DNA of 31,396 nucleotides from Myxococcales bacterium (GTDB lineage Bacteria; Myxococcota_A; UBA9042): positions 1 through 31,396 of the forward strand of contig JBBISH010000081.1 in NCBI GenBank assembly GCA_037441385.1, in the 5' to 3' direction. Made by a program: the position numbers and the translations under genes. Below, one piece after another: positions 1-10,193 of this stretch. Under the pieces are notes generated by a model. It was not told where the DNA came from. It saw nothing but the letters and a program-made list of their open reading frames with translations, and did not search any database. Within the stretch, counting starts at the first letter, position 1; each line of letters opens with the position of its first letter.

Positions 1-2
1 CC

Positions 3-3000
3 GACTGCGCCGGCAAAGACGACGGCGACCTGTGCAACGGCACGCTGTTCTGCGACAAACCCACCGGCAGCTGCAAAATCAACCCGGCGACCGTGGTCGT
101 GTGCCCCAGCGTCGACGACACGGCCTGCAGCAAGAACGTCTGCCAGTCCAAGACCGGCCAGTGCGCCATGGTCGCCGCCAGCGACGGCGCGGCCTGCGAT
201 GACCAAAACCCGTGTACCGCCAACGACCACTGCGACAAGGGCCAGTGCGCCGCCACCGCCAACACCTGCGTCTGCGCCAGCGACGCCGACTGCGCCAGCA
301 AGGACGACGGCGACCTGTGCAACGGCACGCTGTTCTGCAAGGCTGGGACCTGCCAGCTGAATCCCGCCACCGTCGTCAACTGCAGCAGCAGCTTTGACAC
401 CGCCTGTCTGCAGAACCAATGCGACAAGAAGGCGGGCACGTGCGCGATGCACCCGGTCAATCAGGGCCTGCCCTGCAGCGACGGCAACCCGTGCACCGCC
501 GCCGAGACTTGCCACCTGGGCGAGTGCAAAAGCGAAAGCAACCTGTGCGAGTGCCAGGCCAACGCCGACTGCGCCGCCAAAGACGACGGCAACTTCTGCA
601 ACGGCACGCTGTTCTGCGACAAATCCAGCGCACCCTACGTCTGCGCGGTCAATCCGGCCACGGTGGTGGCGTGCAAGTCGGTCGACGACACCTTCTGCGT
701 GGCCAACCAATGCCAACCCAAGACCGGGCTTTGCGAAATGACCGCCGTGCACCAAGGCCTGGGCTGCACCGACAACAACCCGTGCACCACCGCCGACGCG
801 TGCAAAAACGGCGCGTGCCAGGGCCAGATGGCGGACTGCCAAGACGACCAGGACTGCACCGTGGACCAGTGCGACCCGGTGCTCGGCTGCCTCAACAAGG
901 CCGACGCGGGCAAGTGCAACGACGAGAACCCATGCACCGTGGACAGTTGCAGCCCGGTCGCCGGCTGCCTGCACAAGCTGACTCTGGGCCCCTGCGACGA
1001 CGGCAACGCCTGCACCAGCGGCGACACCTGCGACGGCATCACCTGCGCGGGCAAGCCCAGCCTCTGCGACGACAAGAACCCCTGTACCACCGATAGTTGT
1101 GTGCCTGCGACGGGCTGTGCCCACGCCGCCAACACCTTGCCGTGCGACACCGGGTTGCCCTGCACGCCCATCGGCACCTGCGACGCCGGCGCTTGCGTGG
1201 CCGGGCCAAGTCCACTCTTCACGGTCCTTTTGGACGGAAAGGCCGAGGATCAGGTGGCCGCCGTCGTGGCTGGCGAGCTGGGCAGCGTCACCACCGTCGG
1301 CTCCACCACCTCGCAGGGCAAGGGTCAGCACGACGTATGGCTGGCGCGCATCTCGGCCGGGGGCAGCGTGCTCGGCCAGAGCACGATCGGCACCAGCGCC
1401 GACGAGTGGGCTCTGGGCGCCGTCGTCAGCAGCAGCGGCGGCGGCCTGGCGGTGGGGCGCCTGCAACCGGGACCTGGCGGCGGCAGCGACGGCTATTTGG
1501 TGCGCTTTGGCGCGGACTTGCAGGCCCAATGGAAACAGGTGGCCGGCGGCAGCGGCGACGATGAATTGCGCGCGGCGGCCTGGCTGCCCGGTGGCGACGC
1601 CATCGCGGTCGGCAAGCGTGGGGGCCCGGGCGGCGGCACTTGGTGGGCGGTACGCGTCTCGGCCGTGGGCACCGCATTGTGGGAAAAGGACTTGGGAATC
1701 ACGGGGTCGGCGCGCGCGGTGGCGGTCGACGCGGGCGACAAGATCTACGTGGCGGGCACAGTCGCCCAAGCCGACGGCAGCTCGCGCCTGGGCGCCGCGC
1801 TGATCGGCCCAACGGGCGGCATCGTCTGGCAAAAAGTGCTCACGGTCGCCGCAGGCGGCGCCGAGGCGGTGGCGGTCCTGCCTGGCGGCGACGCGGTGGT
1901 GGGTGGCTGGCAGGGCCCTGACTTTGACGATGCGCGCCTGGTTCGCCTTGGCGGCGACACGGGCACGGTGGTCTTTGACCTGCTCTACGGCGGCGCGGGA
2001 TCCGGAGTGTTTTCGGCCCTGAACGTGCGCAACGACGGCACGGTCGCCTTTGCCGGCCGCCGCGGTACCGACGCTGGGCCACAACTTTGGGTCGGGCGCA
2101 TCGATCTGTTGGGCAAGTTGGTCTGGGACCGCATGACTGGCGCGGCACTGGCGGGCGAACTGCCCGCGCTGGCCGTATTGGCGGGCGACGAAAACGTCCT
2201 GGCCACAACCTGGCAAGCCAGCGACACCCAGGGGCTAGCCGGCCGCGTGGTCCGCACGGATCCGTGGGGCTATACCACCTGCACCGATCAGGGCGACTGC
2301 GCCGGCAAAAAGGCCAGCGACTGCAACGACAACAACCCCTGCACCCACGATTTGTGTCAGGCCGTCTTGGGCTGCAGCCACCAGGTCAATGGCCTGCCGT
2401 GCGACGACGGCAACGCCTGCACCACCCAGGACACCTGCGACCAGGGCCAGTGTGCCAAGTTCTCATCGGGCAGCTGCGACGACAAAAATGCTTGTACCAC
2501 GGACGTGTGCGACAGCGAGGGTGGCTGCAGCCACAGCCCCGCCAGCGGCGCCTGCGACGACGGCAACGTCTGCACCAAGGGCGACGTGTGCGCGTTGGGT
2601 CTGTGCAAGCCCGGCACGTTCGACACCTGCGACGACGGCAACAGTTGCAGCGACGACACCTGCGACGCCAAGAAGGGCTGCGCGCACACGCTGAATTCGT
2701 CGCCCTGCCAGTCGGGCAACTGCACCTACGGCGACGTGTGCAGCGGCGGCTTCTGCGCCTCGTCGGGCAAGCCGGCGTTCTTGGACAAGTGGTTCGGCGG
2801 CGCGTTCAACGACCGCGCGCAATCCTTGGAGCAGGTGGGCGAAGACGGCTTCGTCTTGGGCGGCGAGACCTATCCCACCGCTCACCCCGACGGCTTGATC
2901 ACCCGCGTTGACGCCCAAGGCAACAAGCTGTGGGACGCCACGGTCGTGTACGCCGCCAACGCGGGCGATGACTACGTCCGTTCCGTGGTGCCCACCCCCT

Positions 3001-4223
3001 TTGGCTTCATGGCCGGCGGCTACACCAACGGCTGCAGCTACCGCGCCTTGCTCGCCCGCCTCGATCCAGACGGCAAGGTCAAGTGGGTCAAGACCCGCTC
3101 GCCCTCGGCGCCCAGCGACGGCGACTGCTGGGACGGCCAAGAGCGCGGCGCGCTTTTCGATCTGGTCGACGGCGGCGACGGCTCATTCGTCGGCGTTGGC
3201 TGGCGCACCCACGTCAACTGGACCGAGACGCGCGGCTGGCTCCACCGCATCGACCAGGATGGCAACGCCATGAGCAACCAGTACTACTTGAACGGCGGGG
3301 GCAACACGTCGTCGCTGCAAGGGGTCGAGCGCGCCAGCGGCGGCGGCTACATCCTCGCAGGCTACACCAACGTGACCTCGGCCGGCGGCTGGGATGGCTT
3401 GTTGATTCGCACCGACGGCGCGGGCGCGACCCAGTGGTGGGCCCGCTATGGCGGCAAGGGCAACGACGTCTTGACCGACGCGGTCCCGGCGCCCGACGGC
3501 GGCTTCTATGCCTTTGGCTACACGGCCTCGCTGGGCGCGGGCCTGGAAGACGGCTGGGTCGTTCGCGTCAGCCAAACCGGCGCGCAGCTTTGGCAAAAGA
3601 CCTACGGCGGCTCGGCTTCGGACGCCTGGAGCTCTGGACGACTTTTGCCCGGCGGCAACTTGGTGGTCAGCGGCAATACCCTGTCCAGCGGCGCCGGCGG
3701 CCAAGACGCGTGGCTGGCGGGCCTGGACGGCCAAGGCAACCTGCAGTGGCAAAAGACCGTGGGCAGTGCCAACGACGACGTGTGGAGCGATGTCCGCGTG
3801 CTCAAGAGCGGCGGCTACGCGCTGGCTGGCTACGGCTATCAACCCAAGGCAACTCAACAGGATATGCGCTTGCTGCTGAGCGACGCTTTTGGCCACCTGA
3901 CCTGTGCCGACGCCGGCAGCTGCTTTGCCAATGTCAGCGCCGACTGCGACGACGCAAACCCGTGCACCGCCGACAGCTGCTCCCCGCAGAGCGGCTGCAC
4001 GCACGTCAACGCAACCTGGGCCTGCAGCGACGGCGACGCCTGCACCACCGGCGAACTCTGCGCCGCCGGCAAGTGCAGTGGCGGCGACAAGGTGGTCTGC
4101 GACGACGGCAACCCTTGCACTACGGACAGTTGCGACCCCGGCAGCGGCTGCACCACCAGCAAGGCGGCCGACGGCACGGCCTGCGGCACGGGCAAGCTCT
4201 GCGCGGCGGGGGTTTGCAAGTAG
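3..4223 (+). CDS. Large Cys-rich repeat surface/secreted protein with two beta-propeller-like domains (5'-partial)
   Basis: The frame is open from base 3 (DCAGKDDGDLCNGTLFCDK...), so the true start lies outside the window. Many CxDxNxCTxDxC and CNGTLFC repeats flank two Gly/Trp-rich propeller-type regions (about 1200-2270 and 2780-3895, W-x-K-T-Y-G-G-type blades). Confidence 0.85.
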   Translation, partial: DCAGKDDGDLCNGTLFCDKPTGSCKINPATVVVCPSVDDTACSKNVCQSKTGQCAMVAASDGAACDDQNPCTANDHCDKGQCAATANTCVCASDADCASKDDGDLCNGTLFCKAGTCQLNPATVVNCSSSFDTACLQNQCDKKAGTCAMHPVNQGLPCSDGNPCTAAETCHLGECKSESNLCECQANADCAAKDDGNFCNGTLFCDKSSAPYVCAVNPATVVACKSVDDTFCVANQCQPKTGLCEMTAVHQGLGCTDNNPCTTADACKNGACQGQMADCQDDQDCTVDQCDPVLGCLNKADAGKCNDENPCTVDSCSPVAGCLHKLTLGPCDDGNACTSGDTCDGITCAGKPSLCDDKNPCTTDSCVPATGCAHAANTLPCDTGLPCTPIGTCDAGACVAGPSPLFTVLLDGKAEDQVAAVVAGELGSVTTVGSTTSQGKGQHDVWLARISAGGSVLGQSTIGTSADEWALGAVVSSSGGGLAVGRLQPGPGGGSDGYLVRFGADLQAQWKQVAGGSGDDELRAAAWLPGGDAIAVGKRGGPGGGTWWAVRVSAVGTALWEKDLGITGSARAVAVDAGDKIYVAGTVAQADGSSRLGAALIGPTGGIVWQKVLTVAAGGAEAVAVLPGGDAVVGGWQGPDFDDARLVRLGGDTGTVVFDLLYGGAGSGVFSALNVRNDGTVAFAGRRGTDAGPQLWVGRIDLLGKLVWDRMTGAALAGELPALAVLAGDENVLATTWQASDTQGLAGRVVRTDPWGYTTCTDQGDCAGKKASDCNDNNPCTHDLCQAVLGCSHQVNGLPCDDGNACTTQDTCDQGQCAKFSSGSCDDKNACTTDVCDSEGGCSHSPASGACDDGNVCTKGDVCALGLCKPGTFDTCDDGNSCSDDTCDAKKGCAHTLNSSPCQSGNCTYGDVCSGGFCASSGKPAFLDKWFGGAFNDRAQSLEQVGEDGFVLGGETYPTAHPDGLITRVDAQGNKLWDATVVYAANAGDDYVRSVVPTPFGFMAGGYTNGCSYRALLARLDPDGKVKWVKTRSPSAPSDGDCWDGQERGALFDLVDGGDGSFVGVGWRTHVNWTETRGWLHRIDQDGNAMSNQYYLNGGGNTSSLQGVERASGGGYILAGYTNVTSAGGWDGLLIRTDGAGATQWWARYGGKGNDVLTDAVPAPDGGFYAFGYTASLGAGLEDGWVVRVSQTGAQLWQKTYGGSASDAWSSGRLLPGGNLVVSGNTLSSGAGGQDAWLAGLDGQGNLQWQKTVGSANDDVWSDVRVLKSGGYALAGYGYQPKATQQDMRLLLSDAFGHLTCADAGSCFANVSADCDDANPCTADSCSPQSGCTHVNATWACSDGDACTTGELCAAGKCSGGDKVVCDDGNPCTTDSCDPGSGCTTSKAADGTACGTGKLCAAGVCK

Positions 4224-4224
4224 C

Positions 4225-4605
4225 ATGTTGCACGGCCACGGGCTCGCGGCCCTTTTCGAGTTCGCCTTCCGCCTGTCCGTCCTGCCAACCGTGGTGGGGG
4301 GCAGAGTCGCCCTGCGCTGGCTTGCCCGCGACCTGCCGGACCGCCAACGCGCGGTGCACTTCGCCACGGTCGAGCAGTTCCGCTGGAACGGGTGGTTCGA
4401 TTGGCGGGCGTGGGCCGTTGGCTTCACTGGCCTGTTGACCACAACCGGCGTCTTTGTGCTCTTCAACGAGAAGTTGCTGAGTTTTGAGGCGACGGGCCCC
4501 CTTGCGCTGGCAACGCCGATCGTCTGGAACAACCTGTGGATCGTGCTGCTTGCGCACCGCGACATCGCCCGGCAGGCCCACGCCGATTTCGAGCGGGGTG
4601 CTTGA
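4225..4605 (+). CDS. Small hypothetical membrane protein (126 aa)
   Basis: ATG 1 nt after the upstream stop. Hydrophobic segments (WAVGFTGLLTTTGVFVLF; PIVWNNLWIVLL). No recognised family. Confidence 0.5.
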   Translation: MLHGHGLAALFEFAFRLSVLPTVVGGRVALRWLARDLPDRQRAVHFATVEQFRWNGWFDWRAWAVGFTGLLTTTGVFVLFNEKLLSFEATGPLALATPIVWNNLWIVLLAHRDIARQAHADFERGA

Positions 4606-4720
4606 ACCATGGGCAAGGGGCGCTACTGCCTTGGGCCGGCATGGCCTTGCCTTGGCCGATGTGCCGTCTGGACGCAGCACTCCGCAATCCCCACTCCGAA
4701 TTGGACCAGCTCGCCTACCG

Positions 4721-5836
4721 TCATCGCGCCGCGGCCGACCGGAAGAAGGCCATGCGCTCGGCGTCCATCGGATGGCTGGCCAGCGCGATCGGTAGCTGGT
4801 CCCGCACGTCGTCGGCGTCTCGGTCGTCGTCCGCGTTCGCGTGCTTGGCGGCTCCCGTCGGGCGCCAATCGTGCAAACGTTCAAATAGTTGCACCATGGC
4901 CTCGGGCGACTGCCCGGCCGTGCGCAGGATGACGACGGCTTCCGCGTCGGCCTCGCGTTCGAAGTCCCGCGAGTACGCCATTTCCGCCAAAAGCGCTGGC
5001 GCGCCCGCCAGTAGCGTGCTGAAGTCGCCGAGAGCCACGCTGGTCAACGCCGAGATCAGGGTCGATTGCACCAGGGTGCGCATGCCGTGGCGGTGACGCA
5101 GGTGGCCATACTCGTGGCCCAGCACACCCAGCAAGACCTCCTCGCGATCGCTCAGGAGATTCACCAGCGCGTCGGTAACCACGATGCAGCCACCGGGCAA
5201 GGCGAAGGCGTTTGGCCCCAGCACGTCGACGGCCTTGAAGAAGCGAACATCCACGGGCTGTCGCTCAGCTGGGGCATAGCGTTGCTCCACGGCCGCTCGC
5301 AACGCTGCCCGCAATCGCTGTTGCCGTTCGTGTGGGATCTGGCTGGGCTGCAGCCAGCGGCCTTCAAACGCCTGAAGCGCGACTTGGCCCACCAATTGGT
5401 CGGCGCTGTCTGGCAAAAGCGCCACCGTGCCGCGCGCCGCCCACGGGATACCGATCTGCCATGCGAACAGTGCGAACAACAGCAACAGGGCCGTAACCCC
5501 AGCTACTGCACGCCAATCCTGTTGCGCCCGCACCACCCAAGACTCGCGGTGGCCTTGCGCGGCAATCCAGGCGTCGTAGGCTGCGGCATCGTCGAACCGC
5601 AGGTGGCCGCCGCCAGGCAGGTGTGCCACTCGCCGGCCGTGACGGGTGCGCTCAGGCCAGCGTACTCGACCCAGCGTCCACCGCGAGGCAACCGCCCCAT
5701 CCTCGGCCTCGGCGACCAGTTCGTCACCCATGACGCGGACTTGTACCGCACGGCCGTGCGCCTCGCGCCCGTCGTAGTGCAAGGCCGGCAGTGCGCCCCC
5801 TGCCGAGGGCTGGGTCATGGGTTGCGGTTCGGTCAC
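4721..5836 (-). CDS. M48 family Zn metallopeptidase
   Basis: PNAFALPGG, HEYGH (HExxH), YSRDFEREAD and terminal SHP motifs, one TM helix. Directly downstream of the YjgN-family gene, a familiar pairing. Confidence 0.9.
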   Translation of the reverse strand: MTEPQPMTQPSAGGALPALHYDGREAHGRAVQVRVMGDELVAEAEDGAVASRWTLGRVRWPERTRHGRRVAHLPGGGHLRFDDAAAYDAWIAAQGHRESWVVRAQQDWRAVAGVTALLLLFALFAWQIGIPWAARGTVALLPDSADQLVGQVALQAFEGRWLQPSQIPHERQQRLRAALRAAVEQRYAPAERQPVDVRFFKAVDVLGPNAFALPGGCIVVTDALVNLLSDREEVLLGVLGHEYGHLRHRHGMRTLVQSTLISALTSVALGDFSTLLAGAPALLAEMAYSRDFEREADAEAVVILRTAGQSPEAMVQLFERLHDWRPTGAAKHANADDDRDADDVRDQLPIALASHPMDAERMAFFRSAAAR

Positions 5837-5846
5837 CGTGGCGTTC

Positions 5847-7016
5847 CTAGAGGCCCACGTCGAAGCCCATTAGGTCGCTGGCCGCGTCGCCCGCGGCGTC
5901 GATCTCGCCCGGAGTCTCGGTCGATACCAATTGCTCGGGATCGATCCGCGTCTCGAGCGACATCGCCTCGACGCGCAGCTTCAGCGTGCGGATCGCGGCA
6001 AACGGGAAATAGAAGCCAAGCGTCAACACGATCAGCACCCAGTTCTTCAGGTTCAGCCAGGCCAGCGAGCGCGCTCGGAGTCGGCTGAATGTCTTGAAGT
6101 GCTGACTTTGCGTATGGTTCCAGACGGCGTTCTGCATTCGAGCGACGAACCAAGGGTACATCACGATTTGGAAGGCGACCACGAACGCCGCCATAGAAAG
6201 GGCAGTCGCGGCGAAGCCTTGGGGGCCCTTGGCTCCGCTGCCTTGGGCGCCGGCCAACATCACCACCGCAATCAACAGGGCCACGCAAAGGAAGCTGGCG
6301 ATCATCGAGACGCCAAAGCCGCGCAGCCCCAGCCCAAACACTGAGCCAAGCTTCAAGCTGAACTCACTCCGCTCGCCAGCAAAAGCGAAGTGGTTGTGCT
6401 GGTAGCGTTTCGCGACCCATAGCATCCAGGGCGTTGCTACCACCAAGGCCAGCAAGGTGATCCAGTACAGGGGCCCCGGTACCTGAGGGTGGTCGCCCGC
6501 GGCCGGCCCCTGCAGCGTTGCCGCGACCACAAAGAGGAACGACGGGAAGCTTGCCGGCAGCAGCGTCGCATACGCCCCCGCACGGGTGCCAAGGAAGCGG
6601 CCGCGCAGGCCCAGCCAGCCCGTGTTGCCAAGGCGAAAGCGCAGGGCCGCGTGCCACAGCGTCGGCCATGCCAGCGTCAGCACAACCAAGGCTGCAATCG
6701 TGGCAATGGGCGAAATGCGGCTGAGCAAGGTGTACAGTCCCATCGACAGGCCGACGATCAGATAGCCGCGCAGCATCCGCTTGGGGTCGCCGTGGAAAGA
6801 CAGCGGGTAGCCACCGATTTCAGTATTCGCGTGGAAATACGTGAGCTTGCGCACCTTGGCGAACGGGTAGTACAGGCCGACCGTGAAGATCGTGAGCACC
6901 AAGTTCACAATCCAGATGCGGAAATACTCACTGCCCGTGCCGACAAAGCGAAATTCAAGCGTGCGCGGTCCGACCGGGGTCTCGGGAACCGCGGGCTGTT
7001 CGGGCGGATCTTCCAC
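5847..7016 (-). CDS. YjgN/DUF898 family inner-membrane protein
   Basis: F-x-G-T-G-S-E-Y-F-R-I-W-I-V-N-L-x-L-T-I-x-T-x-G-L-Y-Y-P-F-A N-terminal signature with an internal repeat (LIVLTLGFYFPFA), multiple TM helices, acidic C-tail. Confidence 0.9.
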   Translation of the reverse strand: MEDPPEQPAVPETPVGPRTLEFRFVGTGSEYFRIWIVNLVLTIFTVGLYYPFAKVRKLTYFHANTEIGGYPLSFHGDPKRMLRGYLIVGLSMGLYTLLSRISPIATIAALVVLTLAWPTLWHAALRFRLGNTGWLGLRGRFLGTRAGAYATLLPASFPSFLFVVAATLQGPAAGDHPQVPGPLYWITLLALVVATPWMLWVAKRYQHNHFAFAGERSEFSLKLGSVFGLGLRGFGVSMIASFLCVALLIAVVMLAGAQGSGAKGPQGFAATALSMAAFVVAFQIVMYPWFVARMQNAVWNHTQSQHFKTFSRLRARSLAWLNLKNWVLIVLTLGFYFPFAAIRTLKLRVEAMSLETRIDPEQLVSTETPGEIDAAGDAASDLMGFDVGL

Positions 7017-7135
7017 GATGGGCCTCCTTGGGTGGCGGTGGCGGTCGCTGGCTGGGTTGTGGCATCAAGCCAGACGACCGTGCGGATGCTGTGTCAACGG
7101 TAGCATGCCGTCGGTCGCCGCGGTAGCGCATCTGT

Positions 7136-7266
7136 TCCTGCGTCCGTTCGAGTCGGCTCGACGCCGCCGACAGTTCCTCGGGCTGAAGGCGGGAGCCCGG
7201 TCCCATTTCCCCAGTGGCAGAGCCAGTCCGCGAAGCTGTTTGGGCGTGAATCCACGGAGGTCCGCG
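7136..7266 (+). mobile_element. Degenerate full-length copy of the 132-bp MITE-like element
   Basis: Aligns almost without gaps to 9203-9334 (ccgt.c..atcggctcga ... ggcgtgaatc). Flanks are TGT/TGA. Confidence 0.7.
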
Positions 7267-7416
7267 TGACGCACCTAGCCGCCCCCTGCGGCCTGCACTC
7301 AAAGCGGCTCGATGGTGAACAAATGCCCTCCACTTGCCCAAGGGGTCGTATTGCACTCGACACTCCATTCGGCCCGGTACATACTGCTGCGACCGCCCCC
7401 GGTTCAAGAGGCTCCA

Positions 7417-9036
7417 ATGCTCAGCGATAATGCCAAGGCCCTGGCTGTGGCCACGGCAATTGTGACCGCTGGCGGCGCGGCCATCTGGACCTTGGCTCAG
7501 CGCCACCGCACGGCCAGCAGCGAGGACCGAGTCCTGACAAAGGACGAGTTCAAAGAGGTCAAAACGACTCAAGAACGCGAATGGCGGGTGGCGTCGGAGG
7601 CTGTGCTCGCCCCAGCCCCTGCGGCCAGCGGCGATGGCCTCCTGGGTCCCGACGGGGCGGACGGCTACGGCTACTCGCGGCGCTACGTGGATGCTCTTGG
7701 CCTGCGAACCATGCTGAAGGCCAAGAACTTCAAAGATATCGAGCGCCTGGTGGGTGCTTGGCAAAATCGTTTCGAGACGGATTGGCACGCGGAGCAGTGG
7801 GTCGTCGACGCTATCGCGGCGCTTTCGGCACCCGAACCGGAGTTGGAGCCCATTCTCAACGAGTGGGTGACCACCCGCCCCGGTTGGCTGCCGCTTACCG
7901 TGCGCGGCAAGTGGTGGCTCGACGTGGGCCAGCGCCGCCGCGGTGCCCGTTGGGCTCAAGACACTGCCAAGTCGGATTTCGAGTCGATGCACCGCGCCAT
8001 GGACCAGGCGCGCGCGGATCTGGGCGCTGTCGCCAAACACCGAACCCGCGTGCTGCCGGCCTTGATTGCTTCTGCCTGGGTCGAGATGTTTGCAGGGGGC
8101 CGCACCGCACGCGACCAAGCCATCGACGCGGCCATCGCCAACTGCCCCGCCTGCTTCTTCCCGCGCATGTTGCAGCAAAGCAGCCTGGAGCCGCGGTGGG
8201 GCGGGTTCAACTGGCGCATGCGCTTGGCCGCTGCCTCGGCTCCCACCGAAATGAACCCGCGCCTCAAGGTTCTGCGCGGCTTTGCCGACGCTGACGAGGC
8301 CGACATGGCCGTGCAAGACGAGCACCTGCCAGAGGCTTTGGCGGCGATCGATCGCGCCTTTCTTGCCGGTGAGTCGCCGATGTTCTTCATGGATCGGTCC
8401 GAGATCCGCTCGCGCGCCGGCCAACACGACGGCGCCATCGCCGACGCGCGCCGGGCCGTAGAGCTGCGGCCCGCCTTTGGCCCCGGCCACACCGCCTTGG
8501 CCAAGGCGCTGCTCCGGGCCGGTCGGCTGCAAGAGGCCGTGCCGGTTTGGCGCACGGCGATGCAGTTCGACGCGACCGCCACGGGCAACAAATTCGTCAA
8601 GGAAAACCTGGCGGCAGAGCTTGTCAAACAAGCTCAGGCCAAGCGCCAAGCCGGCGACCTCCGCACCGCTGTGGAATTGGTCGAGTTGGCCGCCGCCGTC
8701 TGGCCAGAGGACTCGGCCGTGCAAATCAATCGGCTGCACATCGTTCAGGCGCAGCCAACGCCCGCGCCGGCCGCCACGGCCGAAGACGAGTTCCGCGAAG
8801 TGCAGCGCCGCGACTACCAGCTGGCCCGCGAGCGTAAATTCGAAGAGATCTTGCCGCTTTGGGGCGCCTACCTGACCAAGCATCCATCGGACGGGCGTGC
8901 GTATCTCGAGCGCGGCGGCACCTACTACCATCTGCGACGCTACCCAGAGTCGCTCGCCGATGCCAGCAAGGCCTGCGCCTTGGGGGTCGACGAGGGCTGT
9001 CTGCGCGCCCGTCAGCTGGGGCCGCAACAGCGCTGA
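7417..9036 (+). CDS. DUF4034-like domain plus TPR repeat protein, N-terminal membrane anchor
   Basis: ATG at 7417 with AGAGG upstream. N-terminal TM segment, RGARWA and PRWGG motifs typical of DUF4034 proteins, C-terminal TPRs (AYLERGGTYYHLRRYPESLADASKAC). Confidence 0.75.
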   Translation: MLSDNAKALAVATAIVTAGGAAIWTLAQRHRTASSEDRVLTKDEFKEVKTTQEREWRVASEAVLAPAPAASGDGLLGPDGADGYGYSRRYVDALGLRTMLKAKNFKDIERLVGAWQNRFETDWHAEQWVVDAIAALSAPEPELEPILNEWVTTRPGWLPLTVRGKWWLDVGQRRRGARWAQDTAKSDFESMHRAMDQARADLGAVAKHRTRVLPALIASAWVEMFAGGRTARDQAIDAAIANCPACFFPRMLQQSSLEPRWGGFNWRMRLAAASAPTEMNPRLKVLRGFADADEADMAVQDEHLPEALAAIDRAFLAGESPMFFMDRSEIRSRAGQHDGAIADARRAVELRPAFGPGHTALAKALLRAGRLQEAVPVWRTAMQFDATATGNKFVKENLAAELVKQAQAKRQAGDLRTAVELVELAAAVWPEDSAVQINRLHIVQAQPTPAPAATAEDEFREVQRRDYQLARERKFEEILPLWGAYLTKHPSDGRAYLERGGTYYHLRRYPESLADASKACALGVDEGCLRARQLGPQQR

Positions 9037-9202
9037 GTGGGGCGTCCTGCTTGGGGCACGTAGTCCCCAGTGCGAGCACCGGGTTCCAAGCGCGTTGGGC
9101 GACAAGGGCCTGTGTCGGAGCAACTCGATCGTTCACGTGCGCGCAGGACGGCGCGATGCCCTGTAGGGGCGCGCACCCACCGGTTGCCTGGAGTGCGACT
9201 CA

Positions 9203-9334
9203 TACGATTTCCGTCCAAATCGGCTCGAAAACTTCGACAATTCTTCGGGCCCGAACCGGGGTCCCCGCCTGATTCTCGCCGGTTGCAGACCGGGTCAGAG
9301 GAACCGTACAGGCGTGAATCAGACGGGGTTCGTA
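9203..9334 (+). mobile_element. 132-bp MITE-like element, intact, TCA target duplication
   Basis: Flanked by TCA at 9200-9202 and 9335-9337. Imperfect TIRs tacgatttccgtccaaatc / tacgaaccccgtctgattc. 116/132 identical to the reverse complement of 20960-21091. Confidence 0.9.
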
Positions 9335-9389
9335 TCACCCAGCACCAGGAACAGGTCCCGACCAAATCGACTAGATTTTGCACGGGCCC

Positions 9390-10175
9390 CTACATCCCCG
9401 GCCGCAAGATCGAACCCACCGTGCTGAGCGGCTCAAAGCGGACATCCAGCGACACCCGCACTGCGGTCGCCGACGTGTTGGCCCAGGCGCAGTGGATCGC
9501 CTGCGCGCCGAACAGGACCACGTCGCCGGGCACCACGGGTCCAGTCGCCCAGGTTGCCTCGCGCGGCACGTCGATTCCTTGCATCGCATCGCGCTGCGGC
9601 CACTGACCCAAGGTGTGCGACCCAGGAACCACGCCCAAGGGGCCAACCTCGGCCGGGGTGTCGGTCAGCGGCAGCCACGCCGTCCACATCCTTGGACAAT
9701 CCGGTAGGTAGAAGGCATCGCGGTGCGGACGGGTGGTGTGTTCCGGGCTCCCAGGCAGCTTGATCCAGCAGTGGTTGGCCACCGCCACCCCGGCCGGTTC
9801 GCCATACAACGTCTTCAGTACGCCGAGCAACTGCGGACTGTGCACCAGCGCCAGAAAATCGGGATGAGCGCCGACTTCGCGCTGCAGGTCGATCCAGTCG
9901 GGGTCGTCCCAGCCGCGACCGGTCAAGCGGACTCCGGGCTTGGCTTGCCACGTACTTGGGTTGTCTGGCGCGGGCAGTACCCACCCCAGCGCCTCGCACC
10001 GGTGGCGCACCAGCGCCCGCACCGCCGCGATCGCCGCCGGGTCCAGCAGGCCTGGAAGGTATAGGTAGCCGTCTTCGTTGGCGATGGCCAGCAATTGTTC
10101 AGGACGGGGCAGGGCTTGCGTCGCATCGCGCAGCGGCACGGTGGGGTAATGGGCAGCGAGCAGCAAGTCGGTCAT
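9390..10175 (-). CDS. Phytanoyl-CoA dioxygenase (PhyH) family Fe(II)/2-oxoglutarate oxygenase
   Basis: TRPHRD (HxD), WTAWLPL, GPLGVVPGSH, PGDVVLF..IH, RVSLDVRF. Confidence 0.9.
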   Translation of the reverse strand: MTDLLLAAHYPTVPLRDATQALPRPEQLLAIANEDGYLYLPGLLDPAAIAAVRALVRHRCEALGWVLPAPDNPSTWQAKPGVRLTGRGWDDPDWIDLQREVGAHPDFLALVHSPQLLGVLKTLYGEPAGVAVANHCWIKLPGSPEHTTRPHRDAFYLPDCPRMWTAWLPLTDTPAEVGPLGVVPGSHTLGQWPQRDAMQGIDVPREATWATGPVVPGDVVLFGAQAIHCAWANTSATAVRVSLDVRFEPLSTVGSILRPGM

Positions 10176-10193
10176 GGGCGGCCTCGGCGAGCG

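Noticed and set aside
6955..9123. Long antisense ORFs (722 aa here, also 3183-4616 and 15300-17018)
   Set aside because: Shadow frames of real genes in high-GC DNA, with no recognisable motifs.
9203..9334. Recurring peptide IRTPxDSRLYG..DP.CN.RESGGDPGSGPKNC in several listed ORFs, suggesting a small protein family
   Set aside because: It is the translation of the MITE. Differences between copies are largely non-synonymous and there is no consistent start or RBS.
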